Below are positions 9,471 to 19,374 of a stretch of DNA of 64,000 nt, in pieces. The stretch comes from an uncultured Alphaproteobacteria bacterium. Lineage in GTDB: Bacteria; Pseudomonadota; Alphaproteobacteria; RF32; CAG-239. Made by a program: the position numbers and the translations under genes. The stretch lies in the NCBI GenBank assembly GCA_947630965.1, contig CANRJO010000002.1, forward strand, positions 5,038 to 69,037, given 5' to 3'. A model generated the notes under the pieces. It was given only the letters and a program-made list of their open reading frames with translations, was not told the origin of the DNA and did not search any database. Numbering within the stretch: position 1 is the first letter of the stretch; the number at the start of each line of letters is the position of its first letter.

Positions 9471-10838
9471 TTAATTAAACCAGTTGACTAACCGATGCAC
9501 GTTGCCGATTTCATACGTGCTTAAAGCGCCGGCCTTTTTCTCTTTGCCGAACGTGGGCGGGACAATCGCATTCGTGAAACCCAATTTTTGCGCCTCTTTC
9601 AAGCGCAAGCCTGGTTGCGTTACCGCGCGAACCTCGCCCGAAAGCCCGATTTCGCCAAAAACAACCATATCCGAGGGCAATGGCTTGTTCGTGAGCGAGG
9701 ATATAACCGCCATCGCCACCGCTAAATCCGCCGCCGGTTCGGTGATTTTTAAGCCACCGGCAATGTTTAAGTAAACATCTTGCGCGCTCAAATTCATGCC
9801 GCAACGCGCTTCCAAAACCGCCAAAATCATCGACAGGCGGTTAGAATCCCAACCGACAACGGCGCGCTTGGCACCGCTATAGCCACTTGAGCTCACAAGC
9901 GCCTGAATTTCCATTAAGACAGGGCGCGAACCTTCAATGCCTGCAAAAACACACGAGCCTGAAACATTGCCCTGACGTTCCGCCAAAAACAACGCGGAGG
10001 GGTTTTCCACCTCAACAAGCCCTTTATCCTGCATTTCAAACACGCCAATTTCATCGGTGGCGCCGTAACGGTTTTTCACTGCACGCAAAATGCGGAAATG
10101 ATGCCCGCGCTCGCCTTCAAAATAAAGCACTGTATCCACCATGTGTTCCAAAACGCGCGGCCCTGCAATCGCGCCCTGCTTTGTGACATGCCCTACCAAA
10201 AACAGCACAAAACCTTTGCGCTTGGCAAGTTTGATCAGCTCATAGGCGGTCGCGCGCACCTGCGCCACACTTCCAGGGGTGGACTCGACATCTTCCAAAT
10301 ACATCGTCTGAATGGAATCGATAATCACAACGGCGGGTTTTGCCTTTTCAAGCGTGGCAATAATGTCTTTGACTTCTGTGGTGCTTGCCAATTTCACAGG
10401 CGATTGCGCCAAACCTAAACGCTCGGCACGGATACGCACTTGATCAATGGCTTCCTCGCCCGAAATATAAAAACATTCGTTCTCGGCAGAGGCGTTTGCG
10501 ACACTTGCGCATACCTGCAACAAAAGCGTGGATTTGCCAATGCCTGGATCGCCGCCAACCAAAATTGCCGACCCTGGCACCAAGCCGCCGCCCGTAACAC
10601 GGTCTATTTCACGAATGTTTGTTTTGATACGTTGAAATGTTTGCGCCGAGCCGCTTAACGGCACAAAATCTATGATGCCGCCCTTCTTTTTATTATTGAT
10701 GACGGAAAAACCCGAGGCTTCAACTTTTTCTTCCTCAATGGTGTTCCACTCGCCGCAAGAATCGCATTTGCCCTGCCATTTCGGATATGTGGCGCCGCAG
10801 TTTTGACATACATATTGCATGGTGCTCTTTTTTGCCAT
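9471..10838 (-). CDS. radA: DNA repair protein RadA/Sms
   Basis: N-terminal C4 zinc finger CQNCGATYPKWQGKCDSCGEWN. Walker A GDPGIGKST. KNRYG motif. C-terminal Lon-protease-like domain. Confidence 0.9.
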   Translation of the reverse strand: MAKKSTMQYVCQNCGATYPKWQGKCDSCGEWNTIEEEKVEASGFSVINNKKKGGIIDFVPLSGSAQTFQRIKTNIREIDRVTGGGLVPGSAILVGGDPGIGKSTLLLQVCASVANASAENECFYISGEEAIDQVRIRAERLGLAQSPVKLASTTEVKDIIATLEKAKPAVVIIDSIQTMYLEDVESTPGSVAQVRATAYELIKLAKRKGFVLFLVGHVTKQGAIAGPRVLEHMVDTVLYFEGERGHHFRILRAVKNRYGATDEIGVFEMQDKGLVEVENPSALFLAERQGNVSGSCVFAGIEGSRPVLMEIQALVSSSGYSGAKRAVVGWDSNRLSMILAVLEARCGMNLSAQDVYLNIAGGLKITEPAADLAVAMAVISSLTNKPLPSDMVVFGEIGLSGEVRAVTQPGLRLKEAQKLGFTNAIVPPTFGKEKKAGALSTYEIGNVHRLVNWFN

Positions 10839-10840
10839 TT

Positions 10841-11608
10841 TTAAACATCCATTTTAATCGGCCCGCGTGCGCAACCGTTGATGAATTGGCACACATAGGG
10901 GTTATCGGTTTTATCCATTTCTTTGACGGTTCCCTGCCAGATGATTTTGCCCTCATAAAGCATGGCAACCTTATCCGCAATTTTGCGCGCTGATGCCATA
11001 TCGTGCGTGATGGTTAAGGTTGTGGCGCCCAAGCCTTTGGCTGATTCAACAATCAGGTCATTAATGACATCCGCCATAATGGGATCCAATCCCGTGGTGG
11101 GTTCGTCAAAGAAAATAATCTCGGGCTTGGTGATGACTGCACGCGCCAAACCAACGCGCTTTTGCATGCCGCCCGAAAGCTCGGAAGGCGCTAAATCAGC
11201 CACATCGGGGGCAAGCCCGACCTGACGCAAAACACGCACTGCCTCAACCTTGGCGCTCGCCCGATCGATTTTTTGATTTTCTAAAAGCGAAAACGCCACG
11301 TTTTCCCAAACAGTTAGACTATCAAACAAGGCACCGCCTTGGAAGAGCATGCCCATTTTAGCGTGCATGTCTTTGAGATTTTTGCCTTTGGTTCCGACCG
11401 TTTCTTCGCCGTCAATTTTAATGGAGCCGGCATCAGGCGTTAAAAGCCCCTGAATGCACTTGATGAGCACCGACTTGCCCGTGCCCGAGCCGCCGATGAC
11501 CACCAATGATTGGCCTTTTTCAATATCTAAATCCACCCCATTTAAAACATGCTTTTTGCCAAAAGATTTGTAGAGGTTCCGAATTGAGATTTTTGTGTTT
11601 GTTTCCAT
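10841..11608 (-). CDS. mlaF: ABC transporter ATP-binding protein, MlaF-like
   Basis: Walker A GGSGTGKS, ABC signature LSGGMQKRV, Walker B IIFFDEPTTGLD. It sits immediately downstream of an MlaE-like permease. Confidence 0.8.
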   Translation of the reverse strand: METNTKISIRNLYKSFGKKHVLNGVDLDIEKGQSLVVIGGSGTGKSVLIKCIQGLLTPDAGSIKIDGEETVGTKGKNLKDMHAKMGMLFQGGALFDSLTVWENVAFSLLENQKIDRASAKVEAVRVLRQVGLAPDVADLAPSELSGGMQKRVGLARAVITKPEIIFFDEPTTGLDPIMADVINDLIVESAKGLGATTLTITHDMASARKIADKVAMLYEGKIIWQGTVKEMDKTDNPYVCQFINGCARGPIKMDV

Positions 11609-11620
11609 CTTCGCGCACCC

Positions 11621-12427
11621 TTACTTTGAAAAGAAAATTTCGGTGATAATGTAGTTGAAAATCAAGATCAGAATTGAGGCCGAGACAACCGCATTGGTTG
11701 TTGCCTCGCCAACGCCTTGCGCACCGCCTCTGGAGCGATAACCGTTGTAGCAACCCATGACTGCTATGATAAACCCGAACACCGCCGCTTTGACCAAGCC
11801 TGATATAATATTTAAGGCTTCCATATCCTCCAAGGTGGAGTTAATGTAATTGGCAGGATTGAAACCTAACTTGTAAACGCCGACCACATAGCCGCCGAAA
11901 ATACCGATAACATCGCCAATTAAAACCAAAAGGGGTAGCACAATCACGCCCGACCAAATCCGTGGCGCAACTAAATATTTGAAAGGATTTGTGGATAAGG
12001 TGACCAAAGCATCAATCTGCTCTGTCACACGCATGGTGCCAATTTCGGCAGCCATCGCCGCACCAATGCGCCCCGCCACCATTAAGGCAGACAACACAGG
12101 CGCTAGCTCGCGCGTGACCGAAATAAGCACCACGGAAGCAATGGCTTTTTCAGCTCCGAAACGCGCAAAGCCTGAATAACTCTGCAGGGCAATGACCATA
12201 CCGGCAAAAATGGTTGTGAGACCGACCACCGGCAAAGAATAAAACCCCATATCCAACAATTGACGTAAGAAATTCTTGCCGTAATATGGCGGCGTGAAAC
12301 AATGGTACAACGCTTGCAAGACAAACTGCATTAACTCGCCGAAGCGTATAACAAATTGTACCAACGGCTTACCTAAAGATCTTAAAAAGTTTTCAAATTT
12401 ATGTGCTCTCATCATCTTCCCCTTCAA
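11621..12427 (-). CDS. mlaE: ABC transporter permease, MlaE-like
   Basis: Polytopic membrane protein with MlaE/YrbE-like conserved motifs. Appears co-transcribed with the MlaF-like ATPase. Confidence 0.75.
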   Translation of the reverse strand: MKGKMMRAHKFENFLRSLGKPLVQFVIRFGELMQFVLQALYHCFTPPYYGKNFLRQLLDMGFYSLPVVGLTTIFAGMVIALQSYSGFARFGAEKAIASVVLISVTRELAPVLSALMVAGRIGAAMAAEIGTMRVTEQIDALVTLSTNPFKYLVAPRIWSGVIVLPLLVLIGDVIGIFGGYVVGVYKLGFNPANYINSTLEDMEALNIISGLVKAAVFGFIIAVMGCYNGYRSRGGAQGVGEATTNAVVSASILILIFNYIITEIFFSK

Positions 12428-12457
12428 AGAACATCTTTATTTTAGAAATTTTTTAGC

Positions 12458-12877
12458 CTAAATCAAGGGCGCATTTAACTTTATAACAATCTTATCTGTG
12501 GCGGAACTTTCAAAAGGACAAAGCCTTAAAAGCGGAATTGAAACGTCTTCAAAGTGCCAAAACGCAGGCTTGGGCATACGTTCAACCGCTGTCCTTTTCA
12601 CAAGTTCCACCACCAAATTTATTTGTGCATTTGGCTCAAAGGGCAGTCGGCACACACCAACGCCGCGCACTTCTAAAAGCCCCGCCAAAACAGCCGGCAC
12701 CGACGCTGATATTAGCGCGCCTTCGCGGGTTAAATCCACCCTATCATCTGCCACCAAAGAAGCGCCTTTGTCTTGGATGAGTCGCAAGGCTAAATCCGAC
12801 TTACCGGCGCCTGAACGACCGATCAGTAAAACACCTTTGCCTTGAAGTTTGACGCATGTGGCGTGAATATTTTTCAT
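12458..12877 (-). CDS. hprK: HPr kinase/phosphorylase C-terminal-domain protein (truncated HprK of the alphaproteobacterial type)
   Basis: P-loop GRSGAGKSDLALRL followed by LVADD and LEVRGVG motifs. Only ~139 aa, as in alphaproteobacterial HprK homologues. Confidence 0.65.
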   Translation of the reverse strand: MKNIHATCVKLQGKGVLLIGRSGAGKSDLALRLIQDKGASLVADDRVDLTREGALISASVPAVLAGLLEVRGVGVCRLPFEPNAQINLVVELVKRTAVERMPKPAFWHFEDVSIPLLRLCPFESSATDKIVIKLNAPLI

Positions 12878-13356
12878 TCTTCCTCCTCCAAAACATCAGG
12901 CTTTCGTACTGCGCTCAAAAAACGCTCTTTCTCTTTTGGCGGCACAAGTACTTTTATACGTCTGCCCGTCTGATAAGGCTCAATATTTATTTTGATGATG
13001 TTTTTGGGTAAATACGCGCCCATTTTTTCAGGCCATTCAATCAGGCAGACTGCGCCGCTTAGGGCCTCTTCCATATTAAGTTCCCAAATTTCCTCAGCAT
13101 TTTTAAGGCGGTATAAATCAAAATGATAAATCTCAAAATCAGGCGCTTCATAGGTTTGCACCAACGTAAAAGTGGGGCTTGGCACCTCGGGTGCGTTTGT
13201 TAAATGTTTGATAAAAGCGCGGGCAAAAACGGATTTTCCCATACCTAACGTACCGAAAAGCGCGTAAACATCGCCTTTATGGCTGACGTCCGCAAACGCC
13301 TCCGCCAAGGCTATCGTTACTTGTTCATCAGGACAATCGTAAATGAAAGCCGGCAT
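12874..13356 (-). CDS. tsaE: tRNA threonylcarbamoyladenosine biosynthesis protein TsaE (YjeE ATPase)
   Basis: P-loop LFGTLGMGKSVFARAF. 160 aa. Overlaps the downstream hprK start by 4 bp. Confidence 0.7.
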   Translation of the reverse strand: MPAFIYDCPDEQVTIALAEAFADVSHKGDVYALFGTLGMGKSVFARAFIKHLTNAPEVPSPTFTLVQTYEAPDFEIYHFDLYRLKNAEEIWELNMEEALSGAVCLIEWPEKMGAYLPKNIIKINIEPYQTGRRIKVLVPPKEKERFLSAVRKPDVLEEEE

Positions 13357-13358
13357 TT

Positions 13359-14297
13359 TTACCCGAAAATTCCTTTCAAACGTTTGGGCGGTTCAATGAT
13401 TTTGATGGTGGCTTTGCGGGATTGTATTCTGCGCCAATCCCAAGGTTTGTAAAACTTGCCCTGCCATAAGCCGCGGCGCGCTTTTTGCGCCTGCATTTCA
13501 TAAGGATAATAAATGTCCGTGACTGCCGTGTTTGCCACCGCCCAACCAGCATTGACCAACGCTGCACCTAAGTCATACGGACCGTAATTACATGTGCCCA
13601 ACAATTTCCCCTGTTTATCCTGATCTAAAACGTGGCACTCAATCTCATTATCTTTAATCCAGCTTTTGAGCCAATTCGCCGCCTGCTGTCCGCAATTATA
13701 TGACCGACCGCGTCCATCTGCGCAAGTCTGCTTGGGCTCCGGCGCATCAATACCGAACAAAACAAGCGAATACCCCTGAAGAACAAGCGTATCCGCATTT
13801 AAAACGCGGGCAGAACCGTAAATCGCCGGATAATCCATGGGGTTGAAACCTTGCGGCTCAGCTTCTTCTACGGGCTCGATCTCAACATCTTCCTCATAAG
13901 CGCCGTACAACTTCGGTGAAGCATCTTCTTCCGTTTGCTCCGTTTTTACCTCAGCTTTTTTTTGCCTTTGCGCCGGACGCGGCTTTTCTTCCTTGGCAGA
14001 TTGCTCCGTTCCAATGAAACTTAGAAGAGAATCCTTTAAACCGCCAATGCCGTTGTTAAAAAGCCCGAAAGTGTACATCATAAACATCGCGATCAGAGCC
14101 AAAATCAGCGTTGCCATCATACAACCCAATCCGCGCAAAACCATCTTGCCGAAAATATATAAAATGAGGAGCCCTGCCAGTAAACCAACAAAACCCAAGC
14201 CCTGCATAAACAAGCTGTTGCTCTGCGCACCGGAACCGCCTAAGTAAAGCACGGCAATTAAAGATAAACCCACAAAAACCTTTTTTATAAACGCCAT
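13359..14297 (-). CDS. Membrane-anchored thermonuclease (SNase-like) domain protein
   Basis: N-terminal TM helices, an acidic linker, then a C-terminal segment LVLFGIDAPEPKQTC…LLGTCNYGPYDLGAALVNAGWAVA typical of staphylococcal-nuclease homologues. Confidence 0.5.
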   Translation of the reverse strand: MAFIKKVFVGLSLIAVLYLGGSGAQSNSLFMQGLGFVGLLAGLLILYIFGKMVLRGLGCMMATLILALIAMFMMYTFGLFNNGIGGLKDSLLSFIGTEQSAKEEKPRPAQRQKKAEVKTEQTEEDASPKLYGAYEEDVEIEPVEEAEPQGFNPMDYPAIYGSARVLNADTLVLQGYSLVLFGIDAPEPKQTCADGRGRSYNCGQQAANWLKSWIKDNEIECHVLDQDKQGKLLGTCNYGPYDLGAALVNAGWAVANTAVTDIYYPYEMQAQKARRGLWQGKFYKPWDWRRIQSRKATIKIIEPPKRLKGIFG

Positions 14298-14360
14298 TTT
14301 TATGCCCTTTTCGGTTTAATTTACCCTATTAAAACACAGTTTTTTTCAGATTGCAATCAA

Positions 14361-16109
14361 TTAATCATACAAAGGGGGCAAAGGTGTTTTTGTTTCTTTT
14401 TGTTTCCTTTTTTGCTTTAAGATTTTCTGAAATGTATCGGCAAAAACTTTAGCATTAAACGTTTCTGCTTTGCTCGTACCATAAAGATTTTGAATGAGAA
14501 TATCAATTTGTTCTTTAAATTCGGGCATATTTGCTGCATTAGCAACATCATTTAAGTTTGTGATTGTCTTTTCAGGATAAAAACCCGTTGCCCAAGAAAC
14601 TAAAGCATCGCGCAAGGAACGGTAGTCATTCTGATAAGCTTTTTGCAGAATATATTTCGGGAACTGCCTTGTTTCGCACTGAGGCTTTTCACCGTGACGC
14701 CGGAACAAAAAAGCACTTAAAAAAAGCCCTGCCAAAAATGCCGCCGCCACTGCCAATGCCATCCAGAGGCTTTGCAGGGACTTATCTTGAGGCAGTTGAG
14801 CTTCAGGTTTTGGCGCCAGATTTTTTTGGGGCTCAAGGTTTGTTTCAGCGGTTACTTCGGGTTGTTCTTGTTCTTTAGGTGCGCTTTCAGCATTAAGAGC
14901 ATCACTTGCCGTCACATTTATTGTTTGCGCCGGCACAACTGCACGCTCCATTTTTTGTGTGGTTGTATTAAACCAATCCACACTTATTTCAGGGATTGTC
15001 AATTGACCCGCTTTTTCAGGAACATACACGTTTGTTACTTTTTTTTGCCCGGCAACAAGCCCCTGACGCAACAAATTAATGCCATCCGTTTTTTCGGCAT
15101 ATTGCTTAAAATCAGGCGTGGCGGGGAAAGAAATTTCCGGTAATTGCGTGAAACTTATGCCATCTGCCTCAAGCGTTATTTGGCGCCGAAAAGGCTCGCC
15201 TTGCAGGATCTCGGATGCGGGCGTTAACATTTCAGCCTTAAGCGTGACGTTTTTGGCAGGGAGCCACCAATCTTTTGCCTCAGGCGATGCCGGTAGAACA
15301 TTGATACTTTGTGCAGGTGCGCGTAAACTAACTGGGCGCTCAATGTTTAGAAAACCTTGCATCCCAATGTTGAATATACCCCCGAAATCAAGCGACATAT
15401 TTTGCATGGGATCGCCTAAAACATGACCGTCAAATGTTGCCGCCGGAATTTCTAGCTGACCACTTTTTTGCGCAAACATCGCGTATTTAAAAACAATTTT
15501 TCTTTGTGTCTGTCCATTGACAACTTCTGTGCTGATATCTGGATTTCCCAAGCTTAAAATCAGCCAATCATTGTTATTGTTTTCAAAAACGGGTTCGCCA
15601 CCTTGCAAGCCACCCGAATCCGTTAAGATGATGTTATAGTTCAGCTCTTGTTGCACATAATAAGCTTTGGGTGGATTAACAACCTCGCCTTTCATGGAAA
15701 ACGAGGCTTCGGGCGCGACTTGCGTATTAGTTGTTGTGGGCGCTTCTCCAATATCTAAGACTTTGATTTCAATAGGAGCGCTTTGTTCTGTACCAATATG
15801 AATTGCAGGTATCTGCTGAATGCCTGGTTTTAAGGAAATCAGCCCGATTTGCCACTTCATTGTTGAAGTCGCGTTGCCATTTATAACATAATCTTGTTTT
15901 GAAACAGTTCTGGAATAAATTTTAAAAGTAGGGCTCAAAACACTAAAATCCGGCTCACCGGAAACATTGCCCTCGGCGGTTAAGGTCAGCATAAAGACCT
16001 CACCTAACGGGACTTCCGAACGGTTGACACTTGCCCTGATTTGCGCTGCCGAAGCGAAAGAAGAATAAAGGCATAAAATTAATCCAAATAAAAATTTTTT
16101 CATGTTCAT
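14361..16109 (-). CDS. BatD-like aerotolerance-operon protein (signal peptide, C-terminal TM anchor)
   Basis: 582 aa with an N-terminal signal peptide, a TM segment near residue 450 and a C-terminal cytoplasmic tail. Last gene of a Bat-like operon; its start overlaps the upstream VWA gene by 4 bp. Confidence 0.55.
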   Translation of the reverse strand: MNMKKFLFGLILCLYSSFASAAQIRASVNRSEVPLGEVFMLTLTAEGNVSGEPDFSVLSPTFKIYSRTVSKQDYVINGNATSTMKWQIGLISLKPGIQQIPAIHIGTEQSAPIEIKVLDIGEAPTTTNTQVAPEASFSMKGEVVNPPKAYYVQQELNYNIILTDSGGLQGGEPVFENNNNDWLILSLGNPDISTEVVNGQTQRKIVFKYAMFAQKSGQLEIPAATFDGHVLGDPMQNMSLDFGGIFNIGMQGFLNIERPVSLRAPAQSINVLPASPEAKDWWLPAKNVTLKAEMLTPASEILQGEPFRRQITLEADGISFTQLPEISFPATPDFKQYAEKTDGINLLRQGLVAGQKKVTNVYVPEKAGQLTIPEISVDWFNTTTQKMERAVVPAQTINVTASDALNAESAPKEQEQPEVTAETNLEPQKNLAPKPEAQLPQDKSLQSLWMALAVAAAFLAGLFLSAFLFRRHGEKPQCETRQFPKYILQKAYQNDYRSLRDALVSWATGFYPEKTITNLNDVANAANMPEFKEQIDILIQNLYGTSKAETFNAKVFADTFQKILKQKRKQKETKTPLPPLYD

Positions 16110-17821
16110 TCTCCATACCTGTTTTTCAAATATTCCCGGCGGATAAAGGCGCGCAACAAGCCACCCTTATCTTCCGGAATTTGGCGATAAACTTGTTCTC
16201 GCGCTTGTGCGGTTTCGCTATAATTTTCGTTTCTACTGCTTTCTTTTGCCTGAAACGGATGTTCTTCTTTTTGATCTGCCGTCATATCAGAAGCTTCATT
16301 TTGCTCTTGGTTCTCATCTTGTTGAGATTCATCTTCCTGCGTTTTTTTATCTATCTGATTGCTTCCGCCATTTTGTGCTTTTGAATCTTCTGATTCTTCT
16401 TTTTCCGAGCCTTTGTCTTCACCTGTAAATTTTTCTTTATCTACCTCGTCACCGTCTTCTTGGTTTTCCGAACTTTGGGAAAGTTCTTGTTTTTCGCCGC
16501 CAGCCATTGCCATTTGATTTTGCTGTGGAGATTCCTGCATTTTTTTAATGTATTCCAAATTAAAACGCGCATCTTCATGGTTAGGATCTTTTTCTAAAAC
16601 CTGTTCATATACTTTAATTGCTTCCTCTGTCTGCCCTGATTTTGCAAGCGCATTGGCATAATTATATCGCATTTCATTATCTTCACCCTCCGAAAATGCC
16701 TCTAGCGCTTTCTGATAATTGCCCGCGCGATAATATGAAGCCCCTTTCCATTCTTGATTTTGAAATTTTTCAGCGGCTTCATCAAATTTTTTATCTTCAA
16801 ACATCTTTTGAGCAAGGACATTATCGCTTAACCAAAAACCTGCTTCGGCACGCACACCCCATGATAAAATAAGCAAAACGACCAACGCGCCTTTTCTAAA
16901 AAAGTAAAGGCAACATAAAAGCGGTAGGAACAAAAGGTAATAACCGTCATCTGCGCGAGAGTAAAGTTTGTTGGCGTTTGTATCAAGTATGGCGCTTGGC
17001 TTTGCTGAAATTTGCGATGTGATATGCGATAAGTTGTTTTCTTTTTCAACAAATATGCCATCGCCTATTGAGGCGATTTTTAATAAACTATCTTGAGATT
17101 TGTTTGAAACGTTTATTGCTGAAACTTTTATGCCGCTTTCCAACGCACGCTTTGCCGCCGATGCCGCCTGATTGAAACTTTCGCCCGTGCCGGTACTGAA
17201 AATGACAATATTACCTTTTGCATAACCCGCATTTTTGATGCGCTCAACCGCTAAATCTATGGCGCGGTCAACCCTGTTACCATTTATGGGCATAATGTCC
17301 GTGTTTAATGCGGGAAGTAAGTTTGTGATGAGGTTGACATCTGTTGATAAAGGCGAAACAATAAAAGGCTCCGCACTGTAAACAATCAACCCCGTTTCAA
17401 AATCAGTCATTGCTGATAAAAAATCCGTCATTTCAATTTTGGCACGAATTAAATTATCCTCTTTATTCATATCGGAAGATAAATCCAACAGCACAAAAAC
17501 AGGGGTTTCATTGAAAAGGCGCATATCTTGCTTTTGCCGCCATGATGGACCTGCCGCTGATAAAACGGCAATGATGAGCGCGGAATTGATGAGAAATTGT
17601 TTTAATTTATGCGCGCTATCTTTGTTTTTTATCAGCAAATATTGGAGCAATTTTTTATCACAAACTTTTTCCCAACTGCTTTTGGTATCTTTCTCTCTTA
17701 TTGCTTTCCAAAACATCAAAAGCGGGAAAATCAGCAATAACAACAACCATGGCCTTAAAAACTGAAAAGTAACCATCTGTTCCATTTTTAAAACCTCCAC
17801 ATCAAGATAAGCCCTAGGCAA
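16106..17821 (-). CDS. VWA-domain plus TPR-repeat protein (BatB/BatC-like fusion) with an acidic C-terminal region
   Basis: N-terminal TMs, a vWFA domain with a MIDAS-like DLSSDM motif, then TPR-like repeats (…YYRAGNYQKALEAF…AIKVYEQVLEKDPNHEDARFNLEYI) and a Glu/Asp/Gln-rich tail. Confidence 0.6.
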   Translation of the reverse strand: MPRAYLDVEVLKMEQMVTFQFLRPWLLLLLIFPLLMFWKAIREKDTKSSWEKVCDKKLLQYLLIKNKDSAHKLKQFLINSALIIAVLSAAGPSWRQKQDMRLFNETPVFVLLDLSSDMNKEDNLIRAKIEMTDFLSAMTDFETGLIVYSAEPFIVSPLSTDVNLITNLLPALNTDIMPINGNRVDRAIDLAVERIKNAGYAKGNIVIFSTGTGESFNQAASAAKRALESGIKVSAINVSNKSQDSLLKIASIGDGIFVEKENNLSHITSQISAKPSAILDTNANKLYSRADDGYYLLFLPLLCCLYFFRKGALVVLLILSWGVRAEAGFWLSDNVLAQKMFEDKKFDEAAEKFQNQEWKGASYYRAGNYQKALEAFSEGEDNEMRYNYANALAKSGQTEEAIKVYEQVLEKDPNHEDARFNLEYIKKMQESPQQNQMAMAGGEKQELSQSSENQEDGDEVDKEKFTGEDKGSEKEESEDSKAQNGGSNQIDKKTQEDESQQDENQEQNEASDMTADQKEEHPFQAKESSRNENYSETAQAREQVYRQIPEDKGGLLRAFIRREYLKNRYGE

Positions 17822-18801
17822 GAAAGGATAATGGCTGCTAAGAGCGGTATCCAGTAAAGATCTATCTGCGGGCGGGTAAATGCCTGCTCTTTTTGCGTGG
17901 GCTCCATTTCATCAATCGTTTTATACACTTCAATGAGCGCGTTTAAATTGTTTGCCTGAAAAGCTTTTCCATTTGTACTGTTGGCTAAGGCGGTTAACTC
18001 GCTATTTTCCAAGTTATCATTTTCAATCCCAAAAATTGAGCTGAAAAACGAAAATCCATCAAGCCCAACACTTATCGTATAAACTTTGGCATCTTCTTGC
18101 TTTGCTAACGCTAAGGCTTGCTCCATATTCAGACTGCCGTCATTATTTTCGCCGTCTGTGAGTAAAATAATGATTTTATCATTTAGGCTTTCGCCCGTAT
18201 TCTTTAAGGTTTTGAGTGCCATACCAACAGCATCACCAATGGCTGTGGAATTGCCTGCCATGCCTGCCGCCATGGAATCTAACACCTCTAACACCGCCTG
18301 ATGATCATAAGTCAGCGGGGCTTGTAAATAAGCCCTTGTGCCAAACAAAACAAGCCCTAGGCGGTCTTGCGGTCTGTTTTTTACAAAATCAGAAACCACC
18401 GCACGAACTGCCTGTAAGCGCGAAATTCGATTGCCTTGATAGGAAAAATCTTTCTCTAACATAGAAGTTGAAATATCCGTCACAAGCAAAATATCACGCG
18501 CATTTTGCGGCGTGCGCACAGGCTCGCCCAAAAAAACGGGACGCGCCGCTGCAAGTGTGAGCAAGAGCCAAATCAGGCTTAAGAAAATCAGGTGGCGCTT
18601 TTGATTAAAAGCATCTGTCGCACCGATTGATTTCGGGGTTTTATTGGCTATTTGTTTAAAATCTGAGACAAATGGCACCTTCAGCGCCTTTTCCTCAAGG
18701 GCTTGCACCGAACTCATAAAATGCCGCCAAATGAAAGGCACAACTAACAATAAAAACATCCATGGATAAAGAAAAGTGATCATAAATTTTCCCCTATCCA
18801 T
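17788..18801 (-). CDS. VWA-domain membrane protein, BatA-like
   Basis: N-terminal TMs, a vWFA domain with MIDAS motif DISTSM, and a C-terminal TM. Confidence 0.65.
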   Translation of the reverse strand: MDRGKFMITFLYPWMFLLLVVPFIWRHFMSSVQALEEKALKVPFVSDFKQIANKTPKSIGATDAFNQKRHLIFLSLIWLLLTLAAARPVFLGEPVRTPQNARDILLVTDISTSMLEKDFSYQGNRISRLQAVRAVVSDFVKNRPQDRLGLVLFGTRAYLQAPLTYDHQAVLEVLDSMAAGMAGNSTAIGDAVGMALKTLKNTGESLNDKIIILLTDGENNDGSLNMEQALALAKQEDAKVYTISVGLDGFSFFSSIFGIENDNLENSELTALANSTNGKAFQANNLNALIEVYKTIDEMEPTQKEQAFTRPQIDLYWIPLLAAIILSCLGLILMWRF

Positions 18802-19229
18802 TTTTGTATAAACAGGCGCACTTCTTCAAAATCAGGCTCTTTAAAATTTTTGCTTTGGGCAATATAGGGGGCATAAAGCAACAAATCAGCCGCTTTGCCT
18901 TTAAGTTTATTTTTACTGTGCGTGTTTAAGAAATTGAGCCAATCCGCACCCGAAAGACCAACTGCATCAGGAAATTTGAGTCTGCAAATGCGGCGCAAAA
19001 TTTCAGAAGCTAAACGCACGGTTTGAATATTATTTTCCGGCGCGTTTTTTAATAACCTTAAAGCATAAAACTTTTTGCTTTTTATGTACCAAATTTTGCT
19101 TAATTTATAAATAAAATAAGCTGCGCAAGCTAAAATAATCAGAACAAACCAACCGTACCCCGGCACAAAAGCCAAGATATCAGCAGGCAGATGAATATCT
19201 CTTAAAAGCGGCAGATTGTCTTCCATCAT
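18780..19229 (-). CDS. DUF4381-like small membrane protein (first gene of the Bat-like operon)
   Basis: LRDIHLP motif followed by a TM helix and a basic stretch, the typical DUF4381 layout. Overlaps the batA-like start. Confidence 0.5.
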   Translation of the reverse strand: MMEDNLPLLRDIHLPADILAFVPGYGWFVLIILACAAYFIYKLSKIWYIKSKKFYALRLLKNAPENNIQTVRLASEILRRICRLKFPDAVGLSGADWLNFLNTHSKNKLKGKAADLLLYAPYIAQSKNFKEPDFEEVRLFIQKWIGENL

Positions 19230-19374
19230 TTACCTTCATCTCAAGTTTTAAAACAATTTAGGACGTTTTCATATAAATATCAAGTCTAAAAAAAACGATT
19301 CATTAATTGAAAATTTAATTTTTTGTGCTATGAGGCTCTATAATTGACCGATTTTTTATGAGGATAATTTCAAG

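Noticed and set aside
10098-10993. Multiple 60-100-aa + strand ORFs overlapping radA and mlaF
   Set aside because: Antisense to strongly supported genes with clear motifs. No independent signals.
12458-13356. Truncated HprK next to TsaE as a possible novel arrangement
   Set aside because: Short HprK (kinase domain only) and its linkage with tsaE-like ATPases are well known in alphaproteobacteria. It is ordinary.
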